From: Candidatus Methylomirabilis tolerans
Lineage (GTDB): Bacteria > Methylomirabilota > Methylomirabilia > Methylomirabilales > Methylomirabilaceae
Length of the DNA stretch: 64,000 bases
Assembly (NCBI GenBank): GCA_019912425.1
Contig: JAIOIU010000102.1
Span: 37,655 to 101,654 of the forward strand
Reading direction: 5' to 3'
Shown here piece after piece: positions 16,758-26,223 of the stretch. Every line of letters starts with the position of its first letter. Positions within the stretch are counted from its first letter, which is position 1. The notes under the pieces are model-generated. The model did no database searches, had not been told where the DNA came from, and was given only the letters and a program-made list of their open reading frames with translations. Position numbers and translations under genes: made by a program.

Positions 16758-16989
16758 ATCATCGCTTCGTGCGGCTCTTGGTCTCAGAAGAGGGTCAGTT
16801 AAACCTTAAGCTAGAGCCGATCCTCACCGGGACCCACGTCGGCGCGTCACAAAAACACTTGACACATCCGTCCGATCAGAAGGAATATCGGCCTGCCCGT
16901 GATGATCCTTCCCCTTGTACACCTATTGTACACGGAACACGAGCGGGTGCGCGTCTTCCATCCAAAATCATCAACAAGGGGGCAAAGAG

Positions 16990-17337
16990 ATGAGGCCGGT
17001 TGTGGCGGTGGGTCTGGCAGTGCTCGTCATGGTGTCCAGCACGCCGAACTGGGCGGAGGCCCAAGCACAAGAAAGCACGCTGTCGCAAGTCGGGACAGGA
17101 GTCGGAAGCGCGATAGGGACCTTCGTCTATTTCCCGTTCAAGGCAGCTTTCTGCATTCTAGGGGGAGTGGCAAGCGGCGTTACCGCAGTCTTTGCTGGAC
17201 CTGAGAACGCCGGCAAGGTCGCCAGAACCGCCTGCGGAGGGAGCTGGGTCATTACGCCAGACGTTGTCAAGGGGAAGGAGACGGTGAAGTTTACGGGAGA
17301 TCCTGCGCCCTCCCAGCAGCGTCCATCCGCCAAGTAA
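16990..17337 (+). CDS. small secreted/membrane protein, conserved unknown (paralog of 30229..30567)
   Basis: ATG 16990 after aaggggg. MRPVVAVGLAVLVMVSSTPNWAEA signal peptide, then GTGVGSAIGTFVYFPFKAAFCILGG...C.GSWVITP. Confidence 0.65.
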   Translation: MRPVVAVGLAVLVMVSSTPNWAEAQAQESTLSQVGTGVGSAIGTFVYFPFKAAFCILGGVASGVTAVFAGPENAGKVARTACGGSWVITPDVVKGKETVKFTGDPAPSQQRPSAK

Positions 17338-17393
17338 GGGAGAGTGGTCACCGGGGATCTGCCCTGGTGTGGACAGACCCCCGTCCCATGACG

Positions 17394-18008
17394 TTATTGC
17401 ATCGCCTCCGCGACCCGTCCGACCAGTTGGGCGGAAGGTGTGAGGGTTTTGTCTCCCGCCTCCTTCCACTGAGCGGGACAGACCTCATGAGGGTGATCGG
17501 CGAGATGGCGATTTGCCTTCACCTTCCGAAGGAGCTCGTCGATATTCCTGCCTACGTTATAGAAGTGGATCTCGGCGCTCACTAATTTCCCTTCCGGACT
17601 GATGATGAAGGTTCCCCTGAGCGGAAGGCCGGTCTGCTCATCATAGACCCCAAACAGCCGGGCGACAGTCCCCGTGGGATCCGCCCCCATCGGATATCTG
17701 GCGCCTTGCAGGAGCTTTTCCTCTCGCTGCCAGGCCAAGTGAACGAACTTGGTGGCGGTACTCACCGTAATGACCTCGGTCTGAAGCGCCCGCAACTGTT
17801 CGTACCGCTCTGCCAGAGCGGCATGTTCCGTTGCTCAGACGAAGGTAAAATCGGCCGGGTAGAAGAAGAGCACCGTCCACTTCTCCTTCTGCTTGAGCGT
17901 TTCAAGGCTGACCGTCCCGAACCCCCCGTTGGCCGGCTCAAATGTCTCCAACTGAAACTGGGGCACCTCGTCCCCCACCCCCACACTACAGCGCTGATTG
18001 TCTGTCAT
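17394..18008 (-). CDS. 2-Cys peroxiredoxin (AhpC/Prx1 type) with in-frame TGA at the peroxidatic Cys position, a selenocysteine candidate
   Basis: ORFs 17835..18059 and 17394..17795 are in the same frame. The join reads MTDNQ...WTVLFFYPADFTFV-TGA(17835-17837)-ATEHAALAERYEQLRALQTEVITVS...HEVCPAQW. Start ATG 18008 follows AGGAGG. A hairpin lies 11 nt after the TGA. Confidence 0.7.
17804..17823 (-). promoter_or_regulatory. candidate bacterial SECIS hairpin
   Basis: mRNA UG-CCGCUC-UGGCA-GAGCGG-UA: 6 GC-rich pairs plus a G-U and a U-A, with a 5-nt loop containing GG. The stem starts 11 nt after the UGA codon. Confidence 0.5.
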
Positions 18009-18422
18009 CTGCGTGCCTCCTGTTGTCATGCTGACTCCAAAGGATGGACCATGCCTCATTCATCTCACTGGGAGGCCGATCGCTCGTCTCCCAGACGCTA
18101 CATCATAGCTGCGTCCTGCAATACTGACAATAGGTGTGCCCGCTATTGGTCGGTAGAGCCACGTTCAATACGCTGGATGCATGAGTGTCTCACACGCGAC
18201 TCAAAGCGTTGAGAACGAGGTGAAGGGGGCATCAGATATTGGCTCAGGGGAGTCGGGCGTCTCGCTAACCCGATGAACGATTGTCCGCATACTGCCCCCG
18301 CATGTAAGAGACCCGACGTGTTCTCTCCCAGTTCCTGAAAACAAGGGAACAATTTACACGAGTCGTACGTAGCCAAATGCGAAGCACTGCTGTAACTACC
18401 TAAGAAATCACAGGGGGCTGGT

Positions 18423-18437
18423 TGGCACGGGGATTGC
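18423..18437 (+). promoter_or_regulatory. sigma54-type -24/-12 promoter candidate
   Basis: TGGCAC-gggga-TTGC matches the TGGCAC-N5-TTGC consensus exactly. It lies about 255 nt upstream of ATG 18692. Confidence 0.45.
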
Positions 18438-18691
18438 CTTGAGCTGAGGTGAACCCCATTGATGACCGAATGAGGAGGGCAGCAACACGACCGGCTGTTC
18501 ATTGAGGCGCGGAAAAAGGAGCGAGTTAGAATGGGGGATGTGGGTGCGGGTGGCGATGATTCTTGGGCTAAGGCTTGCCAAGGCGATACCAGTTGCCCCC
18601 GGTCAGGAAATAAGGGGATAAGCGGTCGCTGTGCGATCAACACCGCCAACCCCTTTGACCCGAAACGTCGAGGAGGGAGAAGGAGACAGCA

Positions 18692-19180
18692 ATGTCAGAC
18701 CAGAGGTGGAATCCGTGGAAGCTCACTACAATCGGGATAGCGGTGGTCTTTGCCACGGCACTAATCACCGGACTGGTGGTAGCAAACTGGGTTGGCAATC
18801 AGCAGACAAAGCCGGTTGCTGAGGCCCCTCGAGGGCGTGTCTCGCGCGCCGTTTCGCCGCGGATGATGCCGTCCCCCGCAGCGAGACCGTCGGGTTCGGC
18901 CGTCACGGCTTGTAATCAGTATGCAAGCTCCATGGCCGGCGACAGGACTACCGAAGTCCTGAAGGACGCCTTGGTCGGAGGGGCGCTCGGCGCAGGCGTG
19001 GGCGCGGCTGGCGGTGCGATCGCCGGAGGCGGCAAAGGCGCCGGCAAGGGAGCCGGCATCGGAGGCCTGGTGGGAGCGACTGCAGGCACTCTGTACGGCC
19101 TCAGCGAGGCTAGGCAGGCGGATGCCCGCTACGTTGCTGCCTACCGAGGCTGCATGAGGAGCCGGGGCTACAGCGGCTAG
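18692..19180 (+). CDS. glycine-zipper membrane protein
   Basis: 162 aa. N-terminal TM WKLTTIGIAVVFATALITGLVV. GGALGAGVGAAGGAIAGGGKGAGKGAGIGGLVGATAG zipper. C-terminal YVAAYRGCMRSRGY, common in this family. Confidence 0.75.
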   Translation: MSDQRWNPWKLTTIGIAVVFATALITGLVVANWVGNQQTKPVAEAPRGRVSRAVSPRMMPSPAARPSGSAVTACNQYASSMAGDRTTEVLKDALVGGALGAGVGAAGGAIAGGGKGAGKGAGIGGLVGATAGTLYGLSEARQADARYVAAYRGCMRSRGYSG

Positions 19181-19537
19181 TTCGTTGCTCGCTTCCAGCT
19201 CAAGGCAGCCAAGGCAGTGAAGAACGACAAACTGCCAAGAGCGGGCTCCCCTAATAGCGGGCCCGTGATCATATCTTGACCCCCATCTGCCGCAACTGCG
19301 GCACCCCCATTTCCTTCCTGTTCGGCCTCACTGCTAGATGTAGTTGAACGCCCATCATCTTTACGATTCCTTAACAGCAACCCCTCGAATTTTAACGGCC
19401 TTTTGATTTGACCCGACAAGACCTCGATAGTACGTTGACTATGAAGGGTCGTGGTGCGCAACCTGTCGCCTCAGCAGGCGAGCTCACGTCAGGCCCACCG
19501 ACTCTCGAGGACGTTGGCCATGAACTGAGGGATAGCT

Positions 19538-21478
19538 ATGCCTATTATCGATGAAGAGACTGAACTCAACGTATTCGAGCGGGTCGCAGAGTACCAGCCC
19601 GCTCCCTCGTGGCGCACCAAGCTCTTTGGCCGTCCGCTCGCGAGCGCCGATGCGCCGCATCAAACCATCGGCAAGACGGTCGGTCTTGCTGTCTTTGCCT
19701 CTGATAACCTCTCGTCTACCGCCTATGCGACGGACGAAATTCTGTTTGTTCTGGCTACGGTGGGGATTGCGGCCTTCGTGTACGCCCTCCCGATCTCGCT
19801 GGCCATTGTCATGTTGCTCACGATCCTCACCATCTCGTATCAGCAGACCATCCACGCCTATCCGGGTGGCGGAGGCGCGTATATCGTGGCGCGTGACAAT
19901 CTGGGCGAGTTCCCGGCCCAGACGGCAGGCGCGGCGCTCCTCACGGATTACATCCTCACGGTATCCGTCTCTGTCGCATCGGGTGTGGCCCAGCTCACCT
20001 CGGCCTACCCGTCCCTCTTTCCCTATCGGGTGGTGTTGTCGATCGGGTTCATCCTCTTCATCATGCTGATTAACCTGCGCGGCGTCAGGGAATCGGGCGT
20101 GACCTTCGCCATTCCCACCTATTTCTTCGTCGCCATTTTGTTTCTGACCGTTGGGACCGGGTTCTACCGCTACATGACGGGAAGCCTCGGGGTGGTCGTC
20201 AATCCGCCGTCCCTGCGAGCCCCCGAGATGGCCTCGGTGACGCTCTTCCTGATCCTCCATGCCTTTTCGAACGGCACGACCGCCGTTACGGGGGTGGAGG
20301 CTATCTCCAACGGCATCACGGCATTTAAGGAGCCCAAGAGCCGCAACGCGGGGATCACACTGATCTGGATGGCGGCCATCCTGGGTACGCTGTTTCTGAG
20401 CATCACGTTCCTTGCGGTCAAGATCGGGGCCCTCCCCTCGGAGGAAGAGACGGTGGTCTCGCAACTGGCCCGCACAGCATTCCAGGGACAGGGGCTGCTC
20501 TACCTGGCTACCATCGCGGGTACGACCCTCATTCTGATCATGGCCGCCAACACCGCCTTTGCAGACTTCCCCCGACTCAGCGCCCTGCAGGCCGGCGACG
20601 GCTTTTTGCCCAGACAGCTCACTTACCGAGGCAGCCGCCTCGTCTACTCCCGGGGCATCGTAGCCCTCGCCCTCATTGCCTCCCTCCTGATCGTACTGTT
20701 TCAGGCCAGCGTAACCGCCTTGATCCCACTGTACGCCATCGGGGTGTTCCTTTCCTTTACGCTCTCGCAGGCCGGCATGGCCCGTCGCTGGTGGAAGGTC
20801 GGCCGCCTCGCGCCCGGCCAGGAGGTGCAGGAGCGTGGCTCGACGCTGCGTCATGATCCACGCTGGGCGCTCAAGATGGGGATCAACGGGTTCGGCTCGG
20901 TTTGTACGGCCGTCGTGATGCTGGTCTTCGCCAGCACCAAGTTCCGCGACGGGGCGTGGATCGTCGTCCTCCTTGTGCCCGCGATGGTCATGGTGTTCTA
21001 CGCCATCCACCACCACTACCGAGACTTGGCCGCGCACCTGTCGTTGGAGGACTTCGGTCCGCCCCAGCGCATGTCGCGGCACAAGGTGATCATGCCGATC
21101 AGCGGCGTCCATCGCGGGACCGTCGCCGCGCTCCGCTACGCCCGATCACTCTCCGACGATATCACGGCGGTCTACGTCTCCATGGATCCGGCTGAAGCCG
21201 AGCGGGTGCGCAACAAGTGGGAATGGTGGGGAGAGGGGGTCCGCCTCATGGTCCTCCATTCCCCCTACCGGCTGTTCCTCGAACCTCTGGTTGGCTATAT
21301 CGAGGAGATTGCGGCTCAGCGCCAACCCAATGAGACCATTACCATTGTCGTGCCGCAGTTCGTGCCTCGCCGCCGATGGCAGAACCTGGTGCACAGCCAG
21401 GCGGCCTTATGGCTGCGAATGGCCTTACTCTTTAAGCGCGGGATTGTGATTACCGACGTGCCCTACCAACTCGAGTAA
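19538..21478 (+). CDS. APC-superfamily permease with C-terminal cytoplasmic domain
   Basis: 646 aa. FASDNLSSTAYATDEIL N-terminal signature, about 12 hydrophobic segments, then a soluble tail of roughly 170 aa. Confidence 0.8.
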   Translation: MPIIDEETELNVFERVAEYQPAPSWRTKLFGRPLASADAPHQTIGKTVGLAVFASDNLSSTAYATDEILFVLATVGIAAFVYALPISLAIVMLLTILTISYQQTIHAYPGGGGAYIVARDNLGEFPAQTAGAALLTDYILTVSVSVASGVAQLTSAYPSLFPYRVVLSIGFILFIMLINLRGVRESGVTFAIPTYFFVAILFLTVGTGFYRYMTGSLGVVVNPPSLRAPEMASVTLFLILHAFSNGTTAVTGVEAISNGITAFKEPKSRNAGITLIWMAAILGTLFLSITFLAVKIGALPSEEETVVSQLARTAFQGQGLLYLATIAGTTLILIMAANTAFADFPRLSALQAGDGFLPRQLTYRGSRLVYSRGIVALALIASLLIVLFQASVTALIPLYAIGVFLSFTLSQAGMARRWWKVGRLAPGQEVQERGSTLRHDPRWALKMGINGFGSVCTAVVMLVFASTKFRDGAWIVVLLVPAMVMVFYAIHHHYRDLAAHLSLEDFGPPQRMSRHKVIMPISGVHRGTVAALRYARSLSDDITAVYVSMDPAEAERVRNKWEWWGEGVRLMVLHSPYRLFLEPLVGYIEEIAAQRQPNETITIVVPQFVPRRRWQNLVHSQAALWLRMALLFKRGIVITDVPYQLE

Positions 21479-21502
21479 TCACGGCGAGTCAGGAGGATCA
21501 AG

Positions 21503-21586
21503 GTGCTGGATCTCGTCTATGTGGGCGTGGCGCTTGCCTGTTTCGCGCTTTCGTGGGCGCTGATCAGGCTGTGTGAGCGCCTGTAA
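21503..21586 (+). CDS. 27-aa hydrophobic peptide ORF immediately upstream of kdpF
   Basis: GTG 21503, 6 nt after AGGAGG. VLDLVYVGVALACFALSWALIRLCERL-stop. One TM-length hydrophobic stretch. Confidence 0.35.
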   Translation: MLDLVYVGVALACFALSWALIRLCERL

Positions 21587-21597
21587 AGAGAAATGAG

Positions 21598-21690
21598 ATG
21601 ACGACACTGTATCTGCTGGGTGGGATTGTGGCGCTTGGCCTGTTGATCTACCTGGTTGTCGCGCTGCTCAAACCGGAGGTCTTCTCGTGA
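21598..21690 (+). CDS. kdpF: K+-transporting ATPase subunit F
   Basis: Not in the ORF track. ATG 21598, [30 protein letters not shown]-stop. Matches the KdpF pattern (..YL..ALL.PE.F). The stop overlaps the kdpA GTG (GTGA 21687-21690). Confidence 0.8.
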   Translation: MTTLYLLGGIVALGLLIYLVVALLKPEVFS

Positions 21691-23492
21691 CCGCGAACGG
21701 CTATGCCCAGTTGGGATTGTACATGGTCGTCCTGCTTGCCCTCGCCAAACCGCTCGGCGCCTATATGGCCCGCGTCTATGAGGGCCGACCGTTCGGCCTC
21801 GATCGACTCCTTGGCCCGCTCGAGCGGTGGATCTACCGCCTCTCAGGGATCCGTGCAGACGAGGAGATGCGGTGGCAGACATACGCAGGGGCGATGCTCC
21901 TCTTTAACCTGACAGGCGTGCTAATGGTCTATGCCCTCCAGCGGATGCAGGGTCTGCTCCCGCTCAATCCGCAGTCGCTCGGACCGGTGTCGCCTGACTC
22001 CGCGTTCAATACCGCCGTCAGTTTCGCCACAAACACCAATTGGCAGGGGTACGGCGGCGAGACCACGATGAGCCACCTGACGCAGATGCTGGGGCTGACG
22101 GTCCAGAACTTCCTCTCGGCGGCGACCGGCATGGCGGTTCTCGTGGCCTTCATTCGCGGCCTGGCGCGTCGTTCTGCCCAGACCATCGGCAGTTTCTGGG
22201 TGGACCTCACTCGCACCACCCTCTATATCCTTCTGCCGCTCTCGCTCGTCCTCGCCCTGGCGCTGGTGTCGCAGGGGGTCGTGCAGACATTTGGGCCATA
22301 CGCCAAGGCGAGCGTCGTCCAACCAACCACCTATGACGAACCGGTGACGGACAAAGACGGGAAGCCTGTGCTCGACGAGAAGGGCCGGCCGGCGACGAAA
22401 AAGGCGAGGTTGATGGAGCAGGTGATCGCGCGCGGCCCCGTCGCGTCCCAGGTTGCCATTAAGCAGCTCGGGACCAATGGCGGCGGTTTCTTCAACGTGA
22501 ACTCGGCGCATCCCTATGAGAACCCGACACCTCTCTCGAACTTCCTCGAGCTGCTGGCCATCCTGTTGATTCCCGCGGCCCTCTGTCACACCTTCGGGGT
22601 CATGGTCAAGGATACGCGCCAGGGCTGGGCTATCCTCGCGGCCATGACCATCATGTTCGTCGGCCTGCTCGCCCTCTGCGTCGGCGCTGAGCAAGGCGGC
22701 AATCCCCTGCTGACCGGACTGGGGATCGATCAGCACGCCGGCGAGCTGCAGGCGGGCGGCAACATGGAAGGGAAGGAGGTCCGCTTCGGCATCGTCAACT
22801 CGGCGCTGTGGGCCACGGCGACTACCGCGGCCTCCAACGGCTCGGTGAATGCGATGCACGACTCCTTCACACCGCTGGGCGGCCTGGTCCCGATATGGCT
22901 GATACAGCTTGGGGAGGTCGTCTACGGCGGCGGCGGATCGGGGCTGTACGGCATGCTGGTCTTTGCCATCATTGCCGTGTTCGTGGCGGGCTTGATGGTG
23001 GGACGCACACCCGAGTATCTGGGGAAGAAGATCGAGGCCTACGAGATGAAGATGGCCTCCCTGGTGATCCTGATCCCTCCCGCCCTGGTGTTGCTTGGCA
23101 CAGCGGTCGCCGTTGTCACCAGTGGCGGCAAGGCCGGGATCTCAAACCCCGGCCCCCACGGCTTCAGCGAGATCCTGTACGCCTTCTCCTCGGCCGGCAA
23201 CAACAACGGAAGCGCCTTTGCCGGCTTGGGCGCCAACACGCCCTTTTATAACATCTCGCTGGGGGTGGCGATGTTCTTTGCTCGCTACTGGCTGGCCATC
23301 CCGACCCTGGCGATCGCGGGGTCGCTCGCCGGCAAGAAGCCCGTCCCGCCGGGCGCAGGGACTCTCCCCACCCACACCCCCCTCTTTGTGGTGCTCCTCA
23401 TCAGCGTTGTGGTCATCGTCGGGGCGCTGACGTTTTTCCCGGCGCTCGCCCTGGGACCCATCGTGGAGCATCTGATCATGATGTCGTCATAG
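21687..23492 (+). CDS. kdpA: K+-transporting ATPase subunit A
   Basis: 601 aa. Polytopic, with the [17 protein letters not shown] and [11 protein letters not shown] selectivity-filter-like motifs. Confidence 0.95.
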   Translation: MTANGYAQLGLYMVVLLALAKPLGAYMARVYEGRPFGLDRLLGPLERWIYRLSGIRADEEMRWQTYAGAMLLFNLTGVLMVYALQRMQGLLPLNPQSLGPVSPDSAFNTAVSFATNTNWQGYGGETTMSHLTQMLGLTVQNFLSAATGMAVLVAFIRGLARRSAQTIGSFWVDLTRTTLYILLPLSLVLALALVSQGVVQTFGPYAKASVVQPTTYDEPVTDKDGKPVLDEKGRPATKKARLMEQVIARGPVASQVAIKQLGTNGGGFFNVNSAHPYENPTPLSNFLELLAILLIPAALCHTFGVMVKDTRQGWAILAAMTIMFVGLLALCVGAEQGGNPLLTGLGIDQHAGELQAGGNMEGKEVRFGIVNSALWATATTAASNGSVNAMHDSFTPLGGLVPIWLIQLGEVVYGGGGSGLYGMLVFAIIAVFVAGLMVGRTPEYLGKKIEAYEMKMASLVILIPPALVLLGTAVAVVTSGGKAGISNPGPHGFSEILYAFSSAGNNNGSAFAGLGANTPFYNISLGVAMFFARYWLAIPTLAIAGSLAGKKPVPPGAGTLPTHTPLFVVLLISVVVIVGALTFFPALALGPIVEHLIMMSS

Positions 23493-23506
23493 CCGGGAGA
23501 GAGCTG

Positions 23507-25573
23507 ATGGCCGCTCGAGGCAAGACCCGCTCATTATTCGATCCCGCCATCGTGCGTCAGGCGGTGGTGGATGCTTGCCGCAAACTTGCGCCGCAGCGCC
23601 AGGTGCGCAACCCGGTCATGTTCGTGGTCTACATCGGCTCCATGCTGACAACGGGACTATTCATCCAGGCGCTGTTCGGCAGAGGTGAGGCGCCGGCCGG
23701 GTTCATCCTGGCAATCTCGGTCTGGCTCTGGTTCACGGTGCTCTTCGCCAATTTCGCCGAGGCGATGGCCGAGGGGCGAGGCAAGGCGCAGGCGGCATCG
23801 CTGCGAAAGGCGCGACGGGACGTCCAGGCCAAGCTTCTCACGCGTCCCGAGCGGAGCGGCGAGCGCACGATGGTCCCGGCCACGGCATTGCGGAAGGGCG
23901 ACGTGGTGCTGGTGGAGGCGGGCGATACGATCCCGGCCGACGGCGAGGTGATCGAAGGGATCGCCTCGGTGAACGAGGCGGCGATCACCGGCGAGAGCGC
24001 GCCGGTCATCCGAGAGAGCGGTGGCGACCGCAGCGCGGTAACCGGAGGGACCCAGGTCCTCTCCGACTGGCTGATCGTGCGGATAGCGGCGAATCCGGGC
24101 GAGGCTTTCCTGGATCGGATGATTGCGCTGGTTGAAGGGGCCAAACGTCAGAAGACGCCCAACGAGATCGCGCTCGACATCCTGTTGGCGGCGTTGACCA
24201 TTATCTTCCTGCTTGCGACCGCCACCGTGCTGCCGTTTTCGATCTACAGCGCTGAGGCCGCCGGGCAGGGCAGCCCCGTGACGGTGACGGTCCTCGTTGC
24301 GCTGCTCGTCTGCCTGATCCCCACGACCATCGGCGGGCTGCTCTCGGCCATCGGCATCGCCGGGATGGACCGGATGATCCAGAAAAACGTCATCGCCATG
24401 TCAGGGCGCGCCGTGGAGGCCGCCGGCGATGTTGACGTCCTCCTGCTCGACAAGACCGGTACCATTACCCTCGGCAATCGCCAGGCCACCGCCTTCATAC
24501 CGACGCAAGGGGTCGATGAGCAGGCACTGGCGGATGCGGCCCAACTCGCCTCGCTCTCCGATGAGACGCCGGAGGGCCGCTCGATCGTTGTCCTTGCCAA
24601 GGAGCGGTACGGTCTTCGCGAGCGTGACCTTCACGTCCTGGGAGCGACCTTCGTCCCTTTTACCGCCCAGACCCGGATGAGCGGCGTCAGCCTGAACGGC
24701 CGCGAGATCCGCAAGGGCGCCGCGGATGCCATCGAATCATATGTTCGACGCCTCGGGGGGAAGTTTCCGCCGGATGTTCGCACCAAGGTGGACATGATCG
24801 CCAAGCACGGCGGAACGCCCTTGGTGGTCGCCGACGGCGCCAGAGTGCTCGGCGCGGTGCAGCTCAAAGATATCGTCAAGGGAGGGATCAGAGAACGGTT
24901 CCTTGAGCTGAGGGGCATGGGGATCAAGACGATCATGATCACCGGGGACAACCCGCTGACGGCGGCCGCGATTGCGGCGGAGGCAGGCGTGGACGAGTTC
25001 CTGGCTGAGGCGACGCCGGAGGCCAAGCTCACGCTGATCCGCGAGCTGCAGGCGCAGGGTCGCCTGGTGGCGATGACCGGCGATGGGACCAACGATGCCC
25101 CGGCGCTGGCCCAGGCGGACGTCGCGGTGGCCATGAATACCGGGACGCAGGCGGCGAAAGAGGCCAGCAACATGGTAGACCTCGATTCGAACCCGACGAA
25201 GCTCCTGGAAGTGGTCGAGACGGGTAAGCAGATGCTCATGACGCGGGGCGCGCTGACAACCTTCAGCATCGCCAACGACGTGGCCAAGTATTTCGCGATC
25301 ATCCCGGCGGCCTTTGCGACCACCTACCCTGCCCTGGGCGCGCTGAACATCATGCAGCTCGCCACGCCGGCCAGCGCTATCCTTTCAGCCGTCATCTTCA
25401 ATGCGCTGATCATCATCGCGCTGATCCCGCTGTCGCTTGGCGGGGTCCGCTATCGGGCGGTCGGCGCGGCTGTGCTGTTGCGGCGCCACCTGTGGATCTA
25501 CGGGGCCGGGGGGCTTGTGGCGCCGTTCATCGGGATCAAGCTCATCGATCTCTTGCTCCTGGCCTTTCCCTAA
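23507..25573 (+). CDS. kdpB: K+-transporting P-type ATPase subunit B
   Basis: 688 aa. DKTGTIT phosphorylation motif, [13 protein letters not shown] hinge. Confidence 0.95.
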   Translation: MAARGKTRSLFDPAIVRQAVVDACRKLAPQRQVRNPVMFVVYIGSMLTTGLFIQALFGRGEAPAGFILAISVWLWFTVLFANFAEAMAEGRGKAQAASLRKARRDVQAKLLTRPERSGERTMVPATALRKGDVVLVEAGDTIPADGEVIEGIASVNEAAITGESAPVIRESGGDRSAVTGGTQVLSDWLIVRIAANPGEAFLDRMIALVEGAKRQKTPNEIALDILLAALTIIFLLATATVLPFSIYSAEAAGQGSPVTVTVLVALLVCLIPTTIGGLLSAIGIAGMDRMIQKNVIAMSGRAVEAAGDVDVLLLDKTGTITLGNRQATAFIPTQGVDEQALADAAQLASLSDETPEGRSIVVLAKERYGLRERDLHVLGATFVPFTAQTRMSGVSLNGREIRKGAADAIESYVRRLGGKFPPDVRTKVDMIAKHGGTPLVVADGARVLGAVQLKDIVKGGIRERFLELRGMGIKTIMITGDNPLTAAAIAAEAGVDEFLAEATPEAKLTLIRELQAQGRLVAMTGDGTNDAPALAQADVAVAMNTGTQAAKEASNMVDLDSNPTKLLEVVETGKQMLMTRGALTTFSIANDVAKYFAIIPAAFATTYPALGALNIMQLATPASAILSAVIFNALIIIALIPLSLGGVRYRAVGAAVLLRRHLWIYGAGGLVAPFIGIKLIDLLLLAFP

Positions 25574-25603
25574 GTCGGGTCAACGGCGTCACCAGACAGG
25601 GGA

Positions 25604-26185
25604 GTGGATGATATGCGTGCGCATCTGAGACCGGCGATCGTCTCGCTGGCGCTCTTCACGATCCTTACGGGGCTCATCTATCCGCTCATCGTTACGGGCG
25701 TAGCCCAACGGCTTTTTCCGAGTCAGGCCAATGGCAGCCCGATCGTCCGGAGCGGCCAGGCGGCCGGCTCTGCGCTCATCGGGCAGCCGTTTGACGACGC
25801 GAAGTATTTCTGGGGAAGGGCATCCGGTACCGCTCCCTTCCCGTACAATGCCGGGGCCTCCTCAGGATCCAACCTCGGTCCAACGAACGAGACGCTGCGC
25901 AAGGCCATCCGGTCGCGCATCGAGGCCTTGCGTGCGGCCGACCCGAACAACCAGGCCCCTGTCCCCGTAGATCTGGTCACGGCGTCAGCCAGCGGACTGG
26001 ATCCGCACGTGAGTCCGGCCGGCGCCCTCTACCAGGTCAGGCGGGTTGCCCGAGCGCGCGGGCTGGACGACGCCACGGTGCGCCACGTCGTCGAGCAGCA
26101 CATCGAAGGGCGCCAGCTCGGCATCCTGGGCGAGCCGCGAGTCAACGTGCTACAATTAAACGAGGCGCTGGACGCGATGAGATAG
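25604..26185 (+). CDS. kdpC: K+-transporting ATPase subunit C
   Basis: 193 aa. LRPAIVSLALFTILTGLIYPL N-terminal TM. SASGLDPHVSPAGALYQ motif. The start could instead be ATG 25613. Confidence 0.9.
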   Translation: MDDMRAHLRPAIVSLALFTILTGLIYPLIVTGVAQRLFPSQANGSPIVRSGQAAGSALIGQPFDDAKYFWGRASGTAPFPYNAGASSGSNLGPTNETLRKAIRSRIEALRAADPNNQAPVPVDLVTASASGLDPHVSPAGALYQVRRVARARGLDDATVRHVVEQHIEGRQLGILGEPRVNVLQLNEALDAMR

Positions 26186-26223
26186 CACGACCCGAACGAG
26201 GTTCGCAGGATGCTTTCTGAGTC

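Noticed and set aside
16397-16993. 198-aa plus-strand ORF upstream of the small secreted protein
   Set aside because: It runs antisense across the M28 remnant and into the promoter region of the next gene. Its composition is Arg/Ser/Pro rich with no motif.
17835-17837. Reading the in-frame TGA in the peroxiredoxin as a simple nonsense mutation (pseudogene)
   Set aside because: This is not fully excluded but is considered less likely. The stop falls exactly on the catalytic Cys codon, the downstream 146 codons and the resolving-Cys motif are intact, and a SECIS-compatible hairpin follows. The gene is kept as a Sec candidate with explicit refutation tests.
14970-18008. Functional selenium link between the selenium-binding-protein homolog and the Sec-candidate peroxiredoxin
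   Set aside because: The SBP56 name comes from the mammalian protein, while bacterial members are copper methanethiol oxidases. The two genes are in different transcription units, separated by a pseudogene and another gene. Their proximity is treated as coincidental for selenium, although H2O2 detoxification remains a possible connection.
18143-18649. 168-aa minus-strand ORF in the peroxiredoxin / glycine-zipper intergenic region
   Set aside because: The sequence is Pro/Ser/Cys-rich and non-protein-like, with no motif and no RBS. The region is treated as non-coding.
19177-19461. 94-aa minus-strand ORF with a PEP-CTERM-like tail (GEPALGSLSFFTALAALSWKR)
   Set aside because: It has no N-terminal signal peptide, the motif is GEP rather than PEP, there is no RBS, and the middle is low-complexity. 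It was not reported as a gene.
19484-21112. 542-aa ORF on the minus strand opposite the APC permease
   Set aside because: Its composition is dominated by R/G/E/D/H runs with no recognisable motif. It lies entirely antisense to a gene with clear transporter signatures. This is the typical stop-poor antisense frame of high-GC DNA.
19181-21597. c-di-AMP (ydaO-type) or other riboswitch controlling the permease/kdp genes
   Set aside because: I could not find the characteristic conserved ACGGGG/CCCG pseudo-symmetric cores. The kdp leader is only about 120 nt and is occupied by a small ORF. This cannot be excluded without a covariance-model scan.
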